Part shown: piece after piece, positions 1 through 14,472 of the stretch | How the letters are laid out: each line of letters opens with the position of its first letter | Numbering within the stretch: the first letter of the stretch is position 1 | The notes under the pieces: generated by a model | Told to the model about the DNA's origin: nothing | Database searches by the model: none | The model's input: the letters and a program-made list of their open reading frames with translations, nothing else | Translations under genes and position numbers: made by a program | Assembly: GCA_030295235.1 (NCBI GenBank) | Contig: AP026179.1 | Coordinates: forward strand, 186,001-250,000 | Direction of reading: 5' to 3' | Origin: Fistulifera solaris | Taxonomy: Eukaryota | DNA length: 64,000 nucleotides

Positions 1-526
1 CATGGTCACTGAACCACCCAAAACGACAATGGATATTTCTTCTCCACGTTCTAGTTTGTGTTGTAAGCGCTCCAGAGTCGACCATTGTCTGGTCATAGTC
101 GATTGACTGAGCGGCAATCGGGGTGTCACGAGACGCAACAATTCGGTGACTTTATTGCGCAACACAAAATCACGATCGGGTGGCAACCGACTGGCGGAAA
201 CGATTTGAGAAATGTGTTGTGTCCATAATGCGAGTGCCGAAGAGTGTTGCAATAGGGTTGAGCACGTACTATTGTTGTTGGGGTACGGCAATTCCGGGGG
301 TCGTCGTTCCAGGTATAATATCGCCGATGATGATGATGATTCGATTGGACATTCAAAGACACGGAGGGCGGTATACAAAAGAAACCATCCAAAGGCATGC
401 AACAAACAACCACGTTGTTGAATATTCCTGGAGTTTCGTTTCATGGTCCAAGACGCTCGTTTGGAAACGATTCATTGCATCTTCTTTTGTGACGAGTGAA
501 TCGTCGTCGTTGTTGTCGTCTTTCAT
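1..526 (-). CDS. 5' part of a probable SGNH/GDSL-hydrolase-like membrane protein (runs off the window start; one frameshift near 370)
   Basis: Manual translation: MKDDNNDDD...TTWLFVACLWMVSF (TM-like), then after a frameshift ...LERLQHKLERGEEISIVVLGGSVTM. IVVLGGSVT resembles SGNH block I. Confidence 0.5.
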
Positions 527-1550
527 ACTTTTGTAGTAGTGTCTTCAAACATTCGTCAAAACGTTTGTCACTGCGACTTAAGAGAGTTTTGTTACTACCT
601 AAGAGTATACCGCACGGGATTCAGGAGTCATTCCTTTGTACTCCGTATGTTTATAAACGCGACTTGTGGTTCTCGATAATTATTTGTTTGTCTTTTCTCA
701 CAACAATAATATGACTTGATATAATTTACCTTATTTCACTCGATCTTTTCAAAAGTCCTTTCTTTTTTCCTTCCAAAAACTCCAAAGCGATCAGTTCATA
801 CTATAGTAATATCTGAAGAAATAGCGACCAAAACGGGTCTCGTAACAAAACACCGTCTTACCGTATGCTTTACATACCAAAATAACCAGCAACCAGCATC
901 CTCTCTTGAGAACCGATTGATTTTGGCTTCCTGCGCCTTCCGAAAAAAAAAAAGTTGGTAAAGCATTTTTTCAAGTTGGTTGGTCGGGCATTCGTTTGGG
1001 TTTGTTGTCATCAAAAGAGGATTTTTTGACACAATTCGTGACGTGACATAGACTGTAAAAATCCATCCTCCCAAGGAAAATCATTGGGCGTCACGGTTTT
1101 GTGGTGGTTCGACAATTTCGTTCAAAGTGTGGCTTTGGTTGAATAAACCCAAAAGAATAGAACGCTTTTTCGTATCCTTTAATAAAAAGTAGAACAAGAC
1201 AGAGGTTGGCTAGGAACATATCACATAGGATGTGTTCATGAGACAAAACAAATCGACTTGGTTCCCCTGCGGTCACTGAAAAAAATACAAATGAGGAGAC
1301 GAGAGACGAGTGATGGAGCACCGGTACTGAAACGAGACTCCTTTGACCCGTGACTCGATTTTTACGTTTCCTACTCGTCGAACGGGTTCCTCCTTTGTCC
1401 TCATCTGCTCCTTTATTTTTTTGGTTGTTGCATTTTTATCTCCTTCCAACTTTGAGCCCTTTCGTATCTCCAGCCTTCCTTCAACGGAAACGCCAGCTAT
1501 TTCACAATCTAGTCCCTCCTTGATGGATAGACTTTCAAGACGAAGAAAAA

Positions 1551-4500
1551 ATGACGACGACAGAAGAAGAAACGTTGGCTTCGTTGACACGCGTGTCTCA
1601 CAAATTAGCGCTCACGACCCCCGATCGATTGGGGTCGGTCGTCGACAAGTTATTGCCCAGATTATTGCAACGTTTAGGGGACTCTTCTTCTACCTCTGAA
1701 ATCCAGAAGAAATTGATGGAAATATTGAGTCATATCATGAAACGCGTCAAAGAAGATACGAGTATCCCTTTGCCGTGTGAAGCAATGTTGCAACTCTTCT
1801 TTCTTCCTGATGATACAAACAAGTATCAACGCAATGTCGAAATGCATCCAATGACATTACACTTCACCTTGGCATTTTTAGCTGTCGGAGTCCCCCGCTG
1901 TACTATAAATCCATTTCCGTTGTTGCCGTATCTGGTGGCCAGTCAAACCTTCCACATAGCGACACTTGCGAAAAAATCACAATCGCATTCCATGGCGCAT
2001 TTGCTTTTGCATTGCTTGTCTCTTTGTGTTGTCACCACTGCAACTCCCACAACAGAACAAAAGGAGAAGTATGTACAAGTCACGCGCGAATTACTGCAAC
2101 ACAATGAGACATTACAAGCCACACTCTTTGATTTGTTCCTCGATGTACTCCTGTATCCTTCCTCTTATGCCGATACAACTACATTGCCACCACCGGGACT
2201 GTCACAAGCTGGACACGAACGATTGCGCGAACAAACAACGGTGGGGGCGTGGCAAACGGCGGTCGTTGAATGGATTGCGCCGCAACGTTATGCACTGTTT
2301 CCTGCGAACGAACGGGCTCGCATTCTCTGTTTGTTGGTCGTTTCACCAGCGGCATTCACCTACTTGAAACAATACCTGGAATCGAATACCGAAAATTTGT
2401 TGGGAGATCCGGTGCGTTTGTCTTGGACTCTTTTGTCGTTGTGTTTGGGCCAAGCGCAGGCGGAATCATCTACTCCGACATCACTGTATTTGGGACGATC
2501 CCAGCCTGATGATGATCCTACACCCCAATTGTTGTTATCGATCCAACGGCGGCCTCTCACCGATCCCTCTACACTGCTTTCGTTTGTGACGCAATGGGTG
2601 TTTCAAAATCATCCCAGGATCGATCTGCAACCCGTGGTGCCATTGGCATTGCAAGTCATTGAAACCATACTCCATACTTCCGTTCCGTCCCGTGGATTAT
2701 CCGTACTACGGGCCAAATCCTACATTGCTGCGGCGGAACTGTTGCAAATGTTGGCGATTCGATTGGCGGAAGATTGGGACCCAGAACAACTCGTTTTATG
2801 GCAAAGACGCATACGGGTGGTGGCATGTCGTATGTTGTCACCGGCGTCGTCCTCTTTGCACGCGAACACTACCCGCACATCCGACAGTGAGGGAAATTTA
2901 GCCATTCGGGATGCCTGTTACGGTACGATCAGTACCTTGTGTCGGTCTTCTTTTGCTTTGTCGGGATATGTCTTTGGTGATGGAGATACAACCACAACGA
3001 CAACCAGTAGTGTTCAGACAGCGACGATGTTGTTTGGATGTGTCGCTCATGAAGAAGAAAAGTTGAAACCCAGAGCTGTTGCCGCTTTGGATGCGTTACT
3101 CGGAAGCTACATTCGATTGTACAGTCGTCCTGAAGAATTGAAACCAATCGTGGAAGCATCATTGAATCCGTGGGCATCCACGACGACAACTGAGACAAAC
3201 CATAACAAATCCGCAGCGAATCCTGCGTATGCAGATCGTTCCAAATTGTTGGCTGCTTTGCTACCATTGGTTTGGACGGCAGCTCAATCGTATCAACCCA
3301 AAGCAAGCCGTGTAGCTGCAGCGAGATGGGCCTCCGAATTGTTGCAAAGTTTGGATCGTGCCATTGCGTGTCATGTACTATGTTTTTTGGCGGGTGACAA
3401 TGATCCTACGGCAGCTAATTTGGCCCGAGAAGGTTTGGGATTGTCGGCCACTTTGGACGTGTCGGAATATGATATGGCAGTAGAAGAGAAAGAATTTTCG
3501 AGTGCAAGCAAACTGCCTGACTTTGGTCGCTTTGTTACTTTCGTTTTTCAAGATCCCTCCAAACAACAACGCGACTCCCTCTTTCGATCGCAATATTTTG
3601 AAGATTTTTCCTTGAAAGGAAAAGCTGTGACGCTTCACTTTGGAATGCGGTGTCTTTTAAATGATTTTTACGGTGGCTCGGATGAATCTATCCGATCGTA
3701 TTTAGAAGCATTGACAAGGAGCTTAATCTTGTACAAATCAGGGTCGATGTGCATCGATTCGGCGCATTCATTACATGCAGTGGACCTCTTGGATGTATGT
3801 TCATCATCGCTGGCTGCTTTGCTTTCCGCCTCGAAATTTGCAAGGGAATGTTTTGTGATTGGATTATTTGGTTTTAAAGAACTTCAAGAGCTTGCTGTTC
3901 ATGTCAACTCATCTCGGGCTCGCCGGTATTTAGCGAAATCATGCGGTATTATGCTAGAATTTATTGAAACCATGGAGAGAGAAGACTCGCAATTGCCTGA
4001 ACTGCAACCGGAATCGTCTTTTGATTTGTGTCTGAAGATTCTGTCGGACATCGAGGAGAGCCGTGCGGGATCGTTGTCGCGCACTCACGGTAGCATCTTT
4101 TTGGGTGCGTATGCCATTAAAGCATTGCGAAAGCGAATTGCACAGAACACCAGCTTGGTATCGTCATCGTCTCTGCACAAGGCGGCGATTGTTCTTGCAA
4201 AATTCGGCTACGGATGTATGCATTATGATGAACTTGTGGGAAATGCATGTTCCGATGGCATAATGATCGCCTTTCACTCCGACGATAACTCCAGCGTGCA
4301 TCTTGACACTGAGTTTTGCCAATCTAGTGTCACAGTTTTGCGGAAATTGGCGGAAGCAAATGCGAAATTCGCTCATTCTGACAGTTTAAATACTGTAAGG
4401 GCTTTGAAATGCGCTACAGCTTCTGGCGCCTGTTTGGCTGCGACTACTTATCCTCAACAAGATGTAGACAAAGATTTACTTTTGGAGTTACATGCAACGA

Positions 4501-7500
4501 GACAGACGTGTGTTGAATCTCTGATCGGCTTGCTAGGATCAGCGGCATTTCGAAATGAAGAGGAAATTGCTATTGGCGTCGGCGAGGCCCTTGCTATGTA
4601 TGCCAACGCTTACAATACAGACGAAACGGGAACTTTTAACCATTCTATCAAAAAGTGGCCCGACACTTACGATGAAGGATTACGGCCAGAGTTGTCACCC
4701 GCAGAAGACATACTTTATGTTCTGTTGCGGAAAACACTTCTATCATCCAGTCCTCAAACTCGCACTTCGGTTGCTCCGGCGCTTCTCGCCATCGCAGCCA
4801 CGGCTGCAAGAAAGGTGAGTATTTCAGCCGCTTTCTTGTTTGAAATAAACAAGTTAGACTACTAACTTCTCACTCGGCACAGGTTAATGACAACCGATCT
4901 AACAACGACCGCCTATTCATCCGGGTGCTAACCTTCCATATCGACGAAGTCCAAACTACTTTTATCAATCTATTATCAGATCCCAAGTGTAAACATCTCT
5001 CCCGTGAAAGCTGTTGCTTAGGATTGGCAGCATGCAGGGGTCTTATACAGTCCCAGTCAAATAATACCGACACGACGCAGGAACTGAACAACAAGCTACT
5101 AAGAGCATTTGGTCAAACGACCAGTTTTGCGGGAAGTGCGTTGGTAGAGAGTCAAAATGAAGCCAGGCAGCGCCGTGCAGCTCTCGAAGGACAAAATATA
5201 GCGCCAACTGGAGTAGATGATAACCCCCAAGTTGACGTGGGTGGTGCATCCGGTATCACAGAAGCAGCTTTGGGTGCTTACAAAGAGATGGCATCAGCTG
5301 CGGTGTCCTTGGATCGTCCCGATGTTCTATATACTTTGCTGGTTTTATCTGTTTCGCACCCATTCTGGTCTACCTCTGGAAATCGAGACGCATACAGGTA
5401 CGACCGGATGCTTTATACTTGCTTACATTATGCATTTCTAACTTTGTGGTTTGGTTGAGTTCATGCAGTTCTGCTGCCCTACTTGGTGACGAAGCATCCG
5501 GAACCTCGAAAATCAAAGAAGTCTTAGAACCCCACTTGGATAGGCTGCTCCCTCGTATTTTGCGTGCAAAACATGACCCGAATGTTCAGACCAGGGAGCA
5601 AATGTCTGCTCTATGGGTTGCAGTGACAGGTGGTGGAGCGGAAGCACGTGCTTCGATATCAAAGTACCTAATCGTAGCTATCGATGCGCTACTGATTGAA
5701 ACATCCAGCAAAATGTGGAGAATCAGAGCTGGTGCTTGCAGCGCACTTGCGGAAATCATTGTGGGGCGCGATTGGGAGTCATTAGGTGGAGGCGATGCTA
5801 TTTTGAACGACGATGATTTGCACAGTCCTACAAAAGTTTTGGCAGGCGTTCGCTTGCTCCGACTTTGGAGGGTATCTATGCGAGCCCTTGATGACGTACG
5901 AACGAATGTTAGAGAAAGCGGAGCCACACTAGCTCGTTCTGTTAGGGGCTTGACTATTCGGCTATGTGACCCGTCAAGTCATGAGAAAGATTATGGCCTG
6001 AAAAGGGAACGCGACGGTGTTGCCCGAGCGGATTCTGACATAATAGCCGCATCCGCCACTGCTCTTCGATGGCTGGTCCGTCATGGACTAAATCAGCATT
6101 CTGAAGGCACCGCGTTTTGCATCACGTGTCTTGTTGAAATCGTTGGTCTTGTGACACCAAGGATGTTAGCCCCCATTCTTCCCGACTTGCTTCGATCACT
6201 CCTTGTCTCGATATCTGGCTTAGAACCTGCAGCTCTGAATTATTTGCAGCTTCGTACAGATGATCAGGAAGGTCTGGAAAGAGCCAGGTTGCAACTAGCC
6301 TCGACTGGTCCGATAGCCTCGGCGGTAACAAAATGCCTCGACCTCACCCCGGAGACCTCCTTGGCGACGCAACATGCTGTTGTCGTTCAACTGGATAATG
6401 CGTTGAGACAATCTGCTGGTTTTGCCACACGGACAGCGATTGCCGATGCTATATCCACATTATGCAGCACATGCCCTGCTGCTTTCCAATTTAGTGGAAC
6501 CAACAGTTCCAACCCCAGTGTCCGACTCCTGCGTGCGCTCTATAACGCAAGTGAGCGCGAACGTACCGCAGCTTCCCGAGATCGTCTAATACATTCTCTC
6601 GGAATTCTTGCTTCGGTATGTCCTGGAGTGAGCGTTCGCTCACTGGCGCTGAAAGCTTATCAAAAATACAACTCGAGTACAGGGAGTAACGATGATCCTC
6701 TCGCTAGGAGTGCTGCAGCTGCTTCATTACGTTCCATTGCAGTGCGAGCTTCAAACCAGCTCACTGATGGAGGCAAAATGGACGTGTGGTGTCGATACAT
6801 TTTACCCAGTGCATTTGTTGGGAAGAGAGATGACAATAAGAAGATTGCCTCCCAGTGGCAGGATGTCTGGGATGAGGCTGCACCTGCATTACGATCGTCG
6901 GAAGTTCCTTTAATCGGAACAACGCACGAAGAAAATCTGTTATCTGATCTTGTGGAAGAATGTATTCGCGGTTTGGGTGATGTTTCATGGTCGAGGAGAA
7001 CATCAGCGAGCAATGCACTGATTGAATTGTGCGATTCCGGAATTCTGGCTCCACTACCTAAACAGACAGCCTCGACGTCTACTACTGCAGAGCGTCAAGA
7101 ACACAGAGCGAAGCAATCACGTCTTGCTTTGGAGCGGTGTGTCCTGCTTGTTCGAAAACCGCGTTTATGGACTGGGAAAATAGTCGCAGCGACGGCTGCA
7201 TCCAAAATCGCGGGAGCCTGGTTGGTTACGTTTGGATATGTGGGAAACGTGCAATCTTGCCCCATTACCTTTTCTTCTGGCTCAGTTGATGATCTTTTCA
7301 CGGCGACAAATGGTTTCTTGCTGCTAGAAACGAATCGGAGATGGACGATGTCGAAACTGCGCAATCACAAGTAGCTTTGTCCGAAGGCGAAGAAAACGAA
7401 AGCGATGTGGAAATTGTACGACCTGTTGCTGAGCTAAAGCTGTCATCGAATGCCATAACCTTTACAGGATTGTGTCGCCTTTTGCTCAACTCTGCCGAAA

Positions 7501-8146
7501 ACGAGAGTATGGACAAAAATGCCGAGTCTCTGCCCTATCGAAAATCTTGTTTTGACAATTTAAAGTATCTGTTGTCACAACTGTCCTCCAATACCGACAT
7601 TGCAACACAGCAAACGGCTTTTGAACTCCTCTCTCCTCGCCTGATGACTTTTATTCGCGACCACTCGGAATGGAATCAGCCCCCAGTACTCGTTGCAGCG
7701 GCCATGGCTTGCTTGGAATCAGCTCTCTATGATGGATTGGCAGACGCATCGCTCGTAGAGCTCATCGCACAAGCCGGTGGTGCATCACAAGCCGCCTGGA
7801 CCATCCGCGAAGCATCGGCAAAGTGTTTGTCCCGTATAGCCGCCGTGTGCCATGCCGAATGCTTTCGAACGTATGATTTCACTTCCGCATTGGTAAACAG
7901 TGCGGCGTTTGCGTTAAGGGACAAAAAGTTTTGGCAAGTTCGACACGGCGGATTGACGATCTTGCAGAGGCTGGTGAATCGCACCGGGAACGTTTCGGGG
8001 ACATCAGAAACCAACCGAACTTTGGAGGCCCTTTGCCGCACAAAGAAGCAATATTGCAACACGTTCGAGCCTGTTTGAAGGATTCTGAAGCTCGAATCAC
8101 GGCGTTAGCGAGCGATATTTTGAGTTCCATGGCATGGTGGCCCTAA
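1551..8146 (+). CDS. ECM29: Proteasome adapter/scaffold ECM29 (HEAT repeats); introns 4815-4882 and 5398-5468; apparent frameshifts near 7300 and 8030
   Basis: N-terminal 'VVDKLLPRLL...KKLMEILSHIMKRVK', 'AYKEMASAA', 'LLPRILRAKHDPN..TREQMSALW', 'MWRIRAGACSALAEII', 'MRALDDVRTNVR', 'SGLEPAALNYL'. Both GT-AG introns restore the frame between ORFs 1551, 4925 and 5419; CTAAC branch point at 4862. Confidence 0.88.
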
Positions 8147-8872
8147 ATCATCGGCCGTTATGAGTCCGACGGAAACTATCTGTCGAGTGTACTTTAGGGT
8201 GCAACAACGTGCTACGTAGTAATACAACTTCCTCCAGGTAACACAGTCCCATTGGATCATCAACTGCCTTTTGGCTCGTTTTATTGTTCTTTCCTTTCAA
8301 CCTTCCCAAGCCTTTCAACGTAGAAATGCAGTGTCGCCTTTCTGATCTTTCGAAAAGTCGCGACAACTCCTCACTCCTCATTCTTGTTATCGCAAGTCCC
8401 AAGTGATGTCGCAGCATGATCTCGATGGATACAAAAAAGTCAAAGATACGACAAAGTCTTCTTGTAAAAATTCGTCTGAAGATCGGGCCATGCTCCAAAG
8501 GACTGGCTAAGTAAAAAACATCATATTATTTGATGTATTACAGTTGATAGTTGATACCAGTACTGGCACTGGCACAGACGATCCTGTGAAGTTTTTTCCG
8601 CGACCGACCTTGGTCTTGACCGCCAACAAAAAAATGAAGCCCGCAGCTTCCGCCAAACACGCAGCGAAGGCACATATCATCGTGACAAAAAATCCAAAAA
8701 CGATTGTTGATTTTCTCATAGAATTATCATTTCATTCCGATAGATTCGAGTCTTTTGTTGTTGGAGAAAACCGAGTCGTTGTCGCTAACTTAGAGAGTGT
8801 CGACGATCGTCCTCTGGTTCATACAGCGCGCCGTATCTTCGAGTCAAAAAGATACTTTTTCTGTGTCACATC

Positions 8873-10021
8873 ATGGATATTGAAACGGGGAACATCCCTC
8901 CGAATAATGACTGTAATGAATGCAATCTAGAGTGCGATTCCATACCCTCGAACGGCAGCAGCAGCAGTGATGATGATGATGATGAATCTTCCGAATGCTT
9001 TTCAGAACGTGCCGATCGCACCGACGAAATTCCTTGCCCCATTTGCTTTGAACCGTGTTCTTCAACCAATCCTTTGATACGCTCGGATACCTGTGAACAT
9101 GCTTGGTGTCAAGATTGTCTATCAGAATACTTGGAATTTCAAGTATCTCAACATCGTGTGCCCCTTCCGTGTCCCTCTTCGGCAAGTTATCGAGCATGTC
9201 TTTTCCATTTGTCATCCGAGTTGGTACGAAAACATCTTTCGCACTCTCTAACCATTCAAAAATATAATCGACTTGATCGACTGGTGCATGATAGATCGCT
9301 GGTAGCATGCCCACGTTGCGATGAAATTGTCGATACACCGGCTCCACCCGATCCGCACGATCCGCACGCCCGTCACTGTCCCAAATGCGCGCATACGTTT
9401 TGCTCGATTCATGCCGATGCCCATTTGGGAATCCATTGTCGTGATTACCGATTGACGAAAACATTCCCGCAACTCCCCAATACGAAACCTTGTTCACATT
9501 GTGGTGCGGCCTTGCAAAAATACGCTGGCTGTGATCACGTCGTGTGTCCCGCGTGTCACAACGATATGTGCTACAAATGTGGCACCCATCAACATTTGAC
9601 GGGAAAAGTGACCAAGCAGTGCAGTCAATGTCAACAAGCGTATTTGGATCATCGCTATTTGTGGCATATTCGATTGTATTATTTTTTGACGCTGCCCTTC
9701 GCCCTCCCCTTTGCCTTGGCGTATGTCGCCATCATGCTGGGACTGGTGCTAGTGTCACTGTGTTGTTGTGGATGCTTTGGCTGTGGAGCCTGGTTGTACG
9801 AGGGACAACGTCAAGCTAATTTTTCGCGAGCTCTTTTGTATGTGGCAGGTATTATATTCCTGCCATTGATTCTCATGCTGTACGATGTGGGGTATCATTT
9901 TCAAGGAAGCGATGAATTTCTAGAATGGTGTTCAATTGAAGGCCTAGATAGTGAGGAACGTACGGAAGGAGGGTTGGAAGTGCCTTCCACACCCACCACC
10001 ACTACGTCGGAGGAAGAGTAA
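8873..10021 (+). CDS. RBR (RING-IBR-RING) E3 ubiquitin ligase with C-terminal transmembrane helices (RNF144/RNF217-like architecture)
   Basis: RING1 CPIC...CEHAWCQDC...PCP; IBR CPRC...CPKCAHTFCSIHADAH; RING2 TKPCSHCGAALQKYAGCDHVVCPACHNDMCYKC; hydrophobic C-terminal segments. Confidence 0.9.
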   Translation: MDIETGNIPPNNDCNECNLECDSIPSNGSSSSDDDDDESSECFSERADRTDEIPCPICFEPCSSTNPLIRSDTCEHAWCQDCLSEYLEFQVSQHRVPLPCPSSASYRACLFHLSSELVRKHLSHSLTIQKYNRLDRLVHDRSLVACPRCDEIVDTPAPPDPHDPHARHCPKCAHTFCSIHADAHLGIHCRDYRLTKTFPQLPNTKPCSHCGAALQKYAGCDHVVCPACHNDMCYKCGTHQHLTGKVTKQCSQCQQAYLDHRYLWHIRLYYFLTLPFALPFALAYVAIMLGLVLVSLCCCGCFGCGAWLYEGQRQANFSRALLYVAGIIFLPLILMLYDVGYHFQGSDEFLEWCSIEGLDSEERTEGGLEVPSTPTTTTSEEE

Positions 10022-10175
10022 TTACAACAAACAGCAAAATTGGAATAACAACTGCATTGGGAGTCAAAGTTTTTCTCACGTATCATTCGGGTACGACTTG
10101 TGTATTCGTGCTTTTTGTATCTTTGAAGGAGTAGTAGAAGAAATAAAACAAACAAGTACCAATTACTGTATAAAT

Positions 10176-13100
10176 TTACTTTTTCACAATTTTCTTTCGT
10201 GCCGTCTTCTTTGACTTTGGTCTGTTCATATACAAATTGAATGCGTCCATCAACTCTTCTCCGAACGTTAAAGTTCGAACTGACTCCTCGTCATCGTCCT
10301 TGCTTTCATATCCGTCACTCTTCACTGCCAGCAACAACTCACTTTCGCGGACACCCAGTCGATTGGCATGCTTGCGCAGTACACGAAGAGCCTGTTCGAC
10401 ATCATCTCCCATCGTATCAAGCGACCCAAGAGAAAGCAAATCTTGGACTTTCCGCGACGAATCGGTAACATCCGAACCAAATGTATGAATGCGATCCATG
10501 GCACGTTCCACAATCAGTGATGCGTCGGCAATTTCGGCCCACGTGTTCGCCATGGAATCGTTGTCGTCACCAGCCGAGTAGATATTTTCGAGACGATCCT
10601 GACGTTTCGCAGAGGAGCTGCGGGGTATCTTCCCTTTGGTCTTGTTGCCTACTTTGGAGAGCAGTAATGCCTCCTGTTCTCCTGACTGCTGTGTCTTTTT
10701 ACTCGATCCAAACCAATTGAAGTAGTTTGAGAATTGAGACACAGACGCATTCTCTGATTTTTCGACAACGGGGGTAAACTGCTGCTTATTGCTGGAAGTG
10801 CTTTCGGAAATCTTTTCAATGCCAGCAGCTGCCTTCTTCCCAAGTGTTTTCGGTTCTATGGAAAGATTGACTTTCTGAGCATCATGATTAACCGACTCAG
10901 TTTCGCAATTATTTCGGGCGAGTTGAAGCTTTTCGTCGATATCAATCTCGACCGCTTTGGGTTTTATTTGATGATCTAACACTTGGGGATGATCAATCCT
11001 TTTCGGCTGGGAATTTGTTTGTTCTTTTTCTTTTCGTGGTCCTTTGCGGGCTTTTTCCTTGTTGATTTGGGTGGAAGAGGCTTAGCCAAACTGGCTTTGA
11101 CGGATTTAATTGCCAGCGAGATGTCATCCACCAGTGCAAGAAGACTAGAATCCTGCGTCGGCAAATACTTCGATGTTGGTGAGGTTGCTGTTATCGTGTT
11201 ATGATCATATACTTCGATACCCTGATTTTCGATAACTTCAATGTTGGCGTCCCCACAATAATTGAATAGGTAATCTTCCGATGTCTTTGCTTCATCCGGA
11301 GCTTCTTTCTTTGTCTGAAACATCCTGCCAAACAAGTCTCCTAGGGTAGTCGCCAAGACCGGCTCGGAGCCCTGATTTTGGTGAATTGCCTCCCTTTCAG
11401 ATCTGTGCAGAGTAGTGTGTATACCATCTCTGCCCTGGACAGCAGCACAACTCTTGATTTCGATGTTGTGATTTTTCGTTTCAAGATCTGGTACATTTTC
11501 GAAAGACTTTTCTTCTGCGATCTCGAAGTCATCAATAATAGGCTTCACTGATTCAATGAGAGTCTTCTTTTCAATAGTTTCCCCTAGATCGTTCAAAGCA
11601 TTCCCTTCAAAGTCATGCGGTGCCTCTTCCCTATTGTTAGGAACAGATTTGCTAGACCTAGGATTTTCCACGTACGATAGACCGCCTTGGACTGAAAGCG
11701 GGGCTGCTCTAGTGCTCGTCTGCTCTATTGATTTGATAAGATCCGTTTTGGAAGGACTCTGACCCTCTACGTCAGACAGACCGACTTGTACCGAAAGTGG
11801 GGCGGCCTTAGTGCTTGTCTGCTGATCATCGACTGAGTCCTGATGACTTTGCTTGTGCATTATATCTTCTCGGATGGGCGATAAGAGCTTCAGTTGCTGG
11901 TCTGCGGAATCTTGAGCGACTTCCTCCGTCTTGGGCACTGACGCAACAGAGACTTTGACCGGGTGTGCGCCGCGTCGAAACAGACGTTTTATAGAGGCAA
12001 ATGGAAGTCTTCCTTTATTCATTTCCACTTCAATTTGATCAATGTGTGTTTTCTGCGATTTTACTGTGGTTGTAGTAACATGGGTCTTCCCTGAAGTAGA
12101 GGCTTGCGCGGAAGCATCGTCTTCACTTTTGAAAAGCGAACTAAATTTCCTCATTCCCGAAACGCTATTGACATCGCTTTCTGTCACAGGATTGTGATGA
12201 TGAAAGTTTCCCTTCGTTACATTGTTGACTCCAGTTTCATCGTGTCCACACAAGCCACCCGTTCTCAAATGCTCCGCTGCTATATTCGTGCAACTATCCA
12301 TTCGAAAACTTCTGCTTGGATTTACAATAGCCTCTTCTTGGTCCAAAGATGGGGAGACTTTTCGTTTTGGGGAACTCAATTTGGTTTCAATTGGTTCGGG
12401 TGCGTCAGACGCAGGGATCATCTTCAAAGGCATTTTCTCGTCGTCCACGGTGGTTACGACACGACTCGCCTTTTTATCTTGATTCCAACGATTCTTGATT
12501 CTCAGTGGCCGAGTCCACGATCTGTTGCTTCGTGGTTTACTGCGATCAGAGTGCTTGGCCGTAACTAAACTTTTGTTATCGTATGTTTCACCTTTCGATC
12601 CAATCACTATAGGTCTCATCTCCATAGCAGCATCTGGCACATTGTTTTCTTGTTCTTCGTCAATATTCTCGACTGAATTATCCTCCTTGTCAGGAACGGG
12701 CATAGGCGGTAAACTCACCAATGCCACCACTGGATCAAAGCTGAATCCTCCCACAGGACCGGGACTTATCTGCCCACCATCGGGACTTCGGAGTGGCCCG
12801 GGTGTCGGTAACGCCAGTGTTCGTTTGGGTGGAACCGTCACGGGTTGTTGCGATGCGGCTTGAATAGAATCCATATCCACCATTGGGAAGCGCGGTCGAT
12901 GTTTCGCTTTCAACAACGATTTTGCCAAACGTGCCTTGTTTTCGTTTTCACGAGACATTTTACGCCGAGGAGCCAACGACGATTCGAAGGAATTCTTCTT
13001 GTCATCATCGTCATTCAAATGAATAATCCGTGGAATTGACGAATTAGTCACAATATCCGCACCTTCTTCCTCTTCTTCTTCCACTTCAATGTCCGTTTGT

Positions 13101-14047
13101 TCCACAACCCGTTTCCATTTCGGTACCGGATGATGCTTTTTCATAGCAGGACGCGACTGTATTTTGGGCGTGTGGTGGTGGTTGTGTTGGATCGACACCA
13201 ACGGACGAGAACGCGATGGAGGGTGTTCTTCTTTCCGTGGCAGATTCACTACTTTGACTTTCAAGTGATGCATGGCCGTCACAATTTCGTCCTTGGAAAA
13301 AGACTCGGTGGGTGGAATATGCGGAATGGGTAGACGCCGACTGTGAACAATGGGTGCAGAAGGTATGGTCGCCGATAAACGACGTCTCTTGGCTTCCATA
13401 GCCGCCTGAATTTGGGCCAATTCGTCGGTCACTTCGTTCGGTCCTGATAAAGGGATTTCGTCATCTTTGGAACAATCGAACGGTGTTTCTCTCGGCTCCA
13501 CGATTGTTTTTCTCGGTTCGATCATTTCTTCTTCTTCTTCCGGATGAGGTGACAACACGAATGCGGGCGACGCCACACGTGGGCCTCCCGCCAACAACAG
13601 CTTGTCGGGTGTATTGGTCATTTGTGACAAAGAAGGTTCAATGATAGGAACATCGTCCACCACGGGTTCTTTCGGCTGTAAATTGTACTGTTTCCGACGT
13701 GCAAAACGGAATGGACGAAAGTTGTTGTTTCGTGGTTTCGTTTGTTTCGGAACGGCCTTCTTCTTTGGCAAACGGGGTTTGTTGTTGTTTTCCACAACAT
13801 CGGTAGAACTGTCACTACTACTACTACTACACCTACTACTACTGCTGCTGGAATTATCACTGCTGCTAGCGTCGGAGCTCAAGGACGAATCATGATCATC
13901 ATCCGACGAATTATCATCACTGCTCGAATCATTCTCCACTTCACTGCTCGAATCCTCGCTACTCGACGATGACGAGGACGAAGAAGAATCATCCATTCTT
14001 CGATTCCGCGGCACCAGGCCCATCATTTTCATTCCGACGACTTTCAT
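10176..14047 (-). CDS. Large low-complexity, probably disordered hypothetical protein; ORFs 10976-14182 and 10176-10982 joined by a frameshift in an A-rich tract near 11030
   Basis: Over 1000 codons open. Ser/Asp-rich N-terminus; helical-looking C-terminus (DVEQALRVLRKHANRLGVRESELL). No recognisable domain. Start placed at MKVVG; an upstream ATG at 14182 is also in frame. Confidence 0.7.
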
Positions 14048-14472
14048 TTTACTTGTTCGAAACAATGATGCGCGATGGATAAATAAATATAAGATTATTA
14101 TTTGGATGCGTTCTTTTCTTGTGAGGGCTCGCCAAAATGAATGCGAAAGGGACGAGGTTGGCTCGACGCGCTCGTGAGACATGTGTCAAATAACTTTGAA
14201 ACGTGTTATCACGGTTCATTCTAGTATGAGTGTGAAAGTAGGATGAAATGGCTATCACCCTATTGTTGGAAAAATAGTTCATGTCGTATCCGGTACCCCG
14301 ACGGCTTTCCACTTGGAACCGATCGGATGGATGGAAGACGACGGCGGCAAGGCAACTAACTGCGTTATTTATTTATAACAACTTGACGTATCCATCGGCT
14401 TGCATCTGATTGACTTGCTATACAGATACAACAAAAAAAAAATTGATCTATCATCTACAAACACACACAAAC

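Noticed and set aside
1966..7516. Numerous antisense and alternative-frame ORFs overlapping ECM29 and other long genes
   Set aside because: Shadow ORFs of real coding sequence, except those noted as frameshift continuations.
8148..8498. 116-aa minus-strand ORF between ECM29 and the RBR gene
   Set aside because: Non-ATG start and no motif; cannot be supported as a gene.
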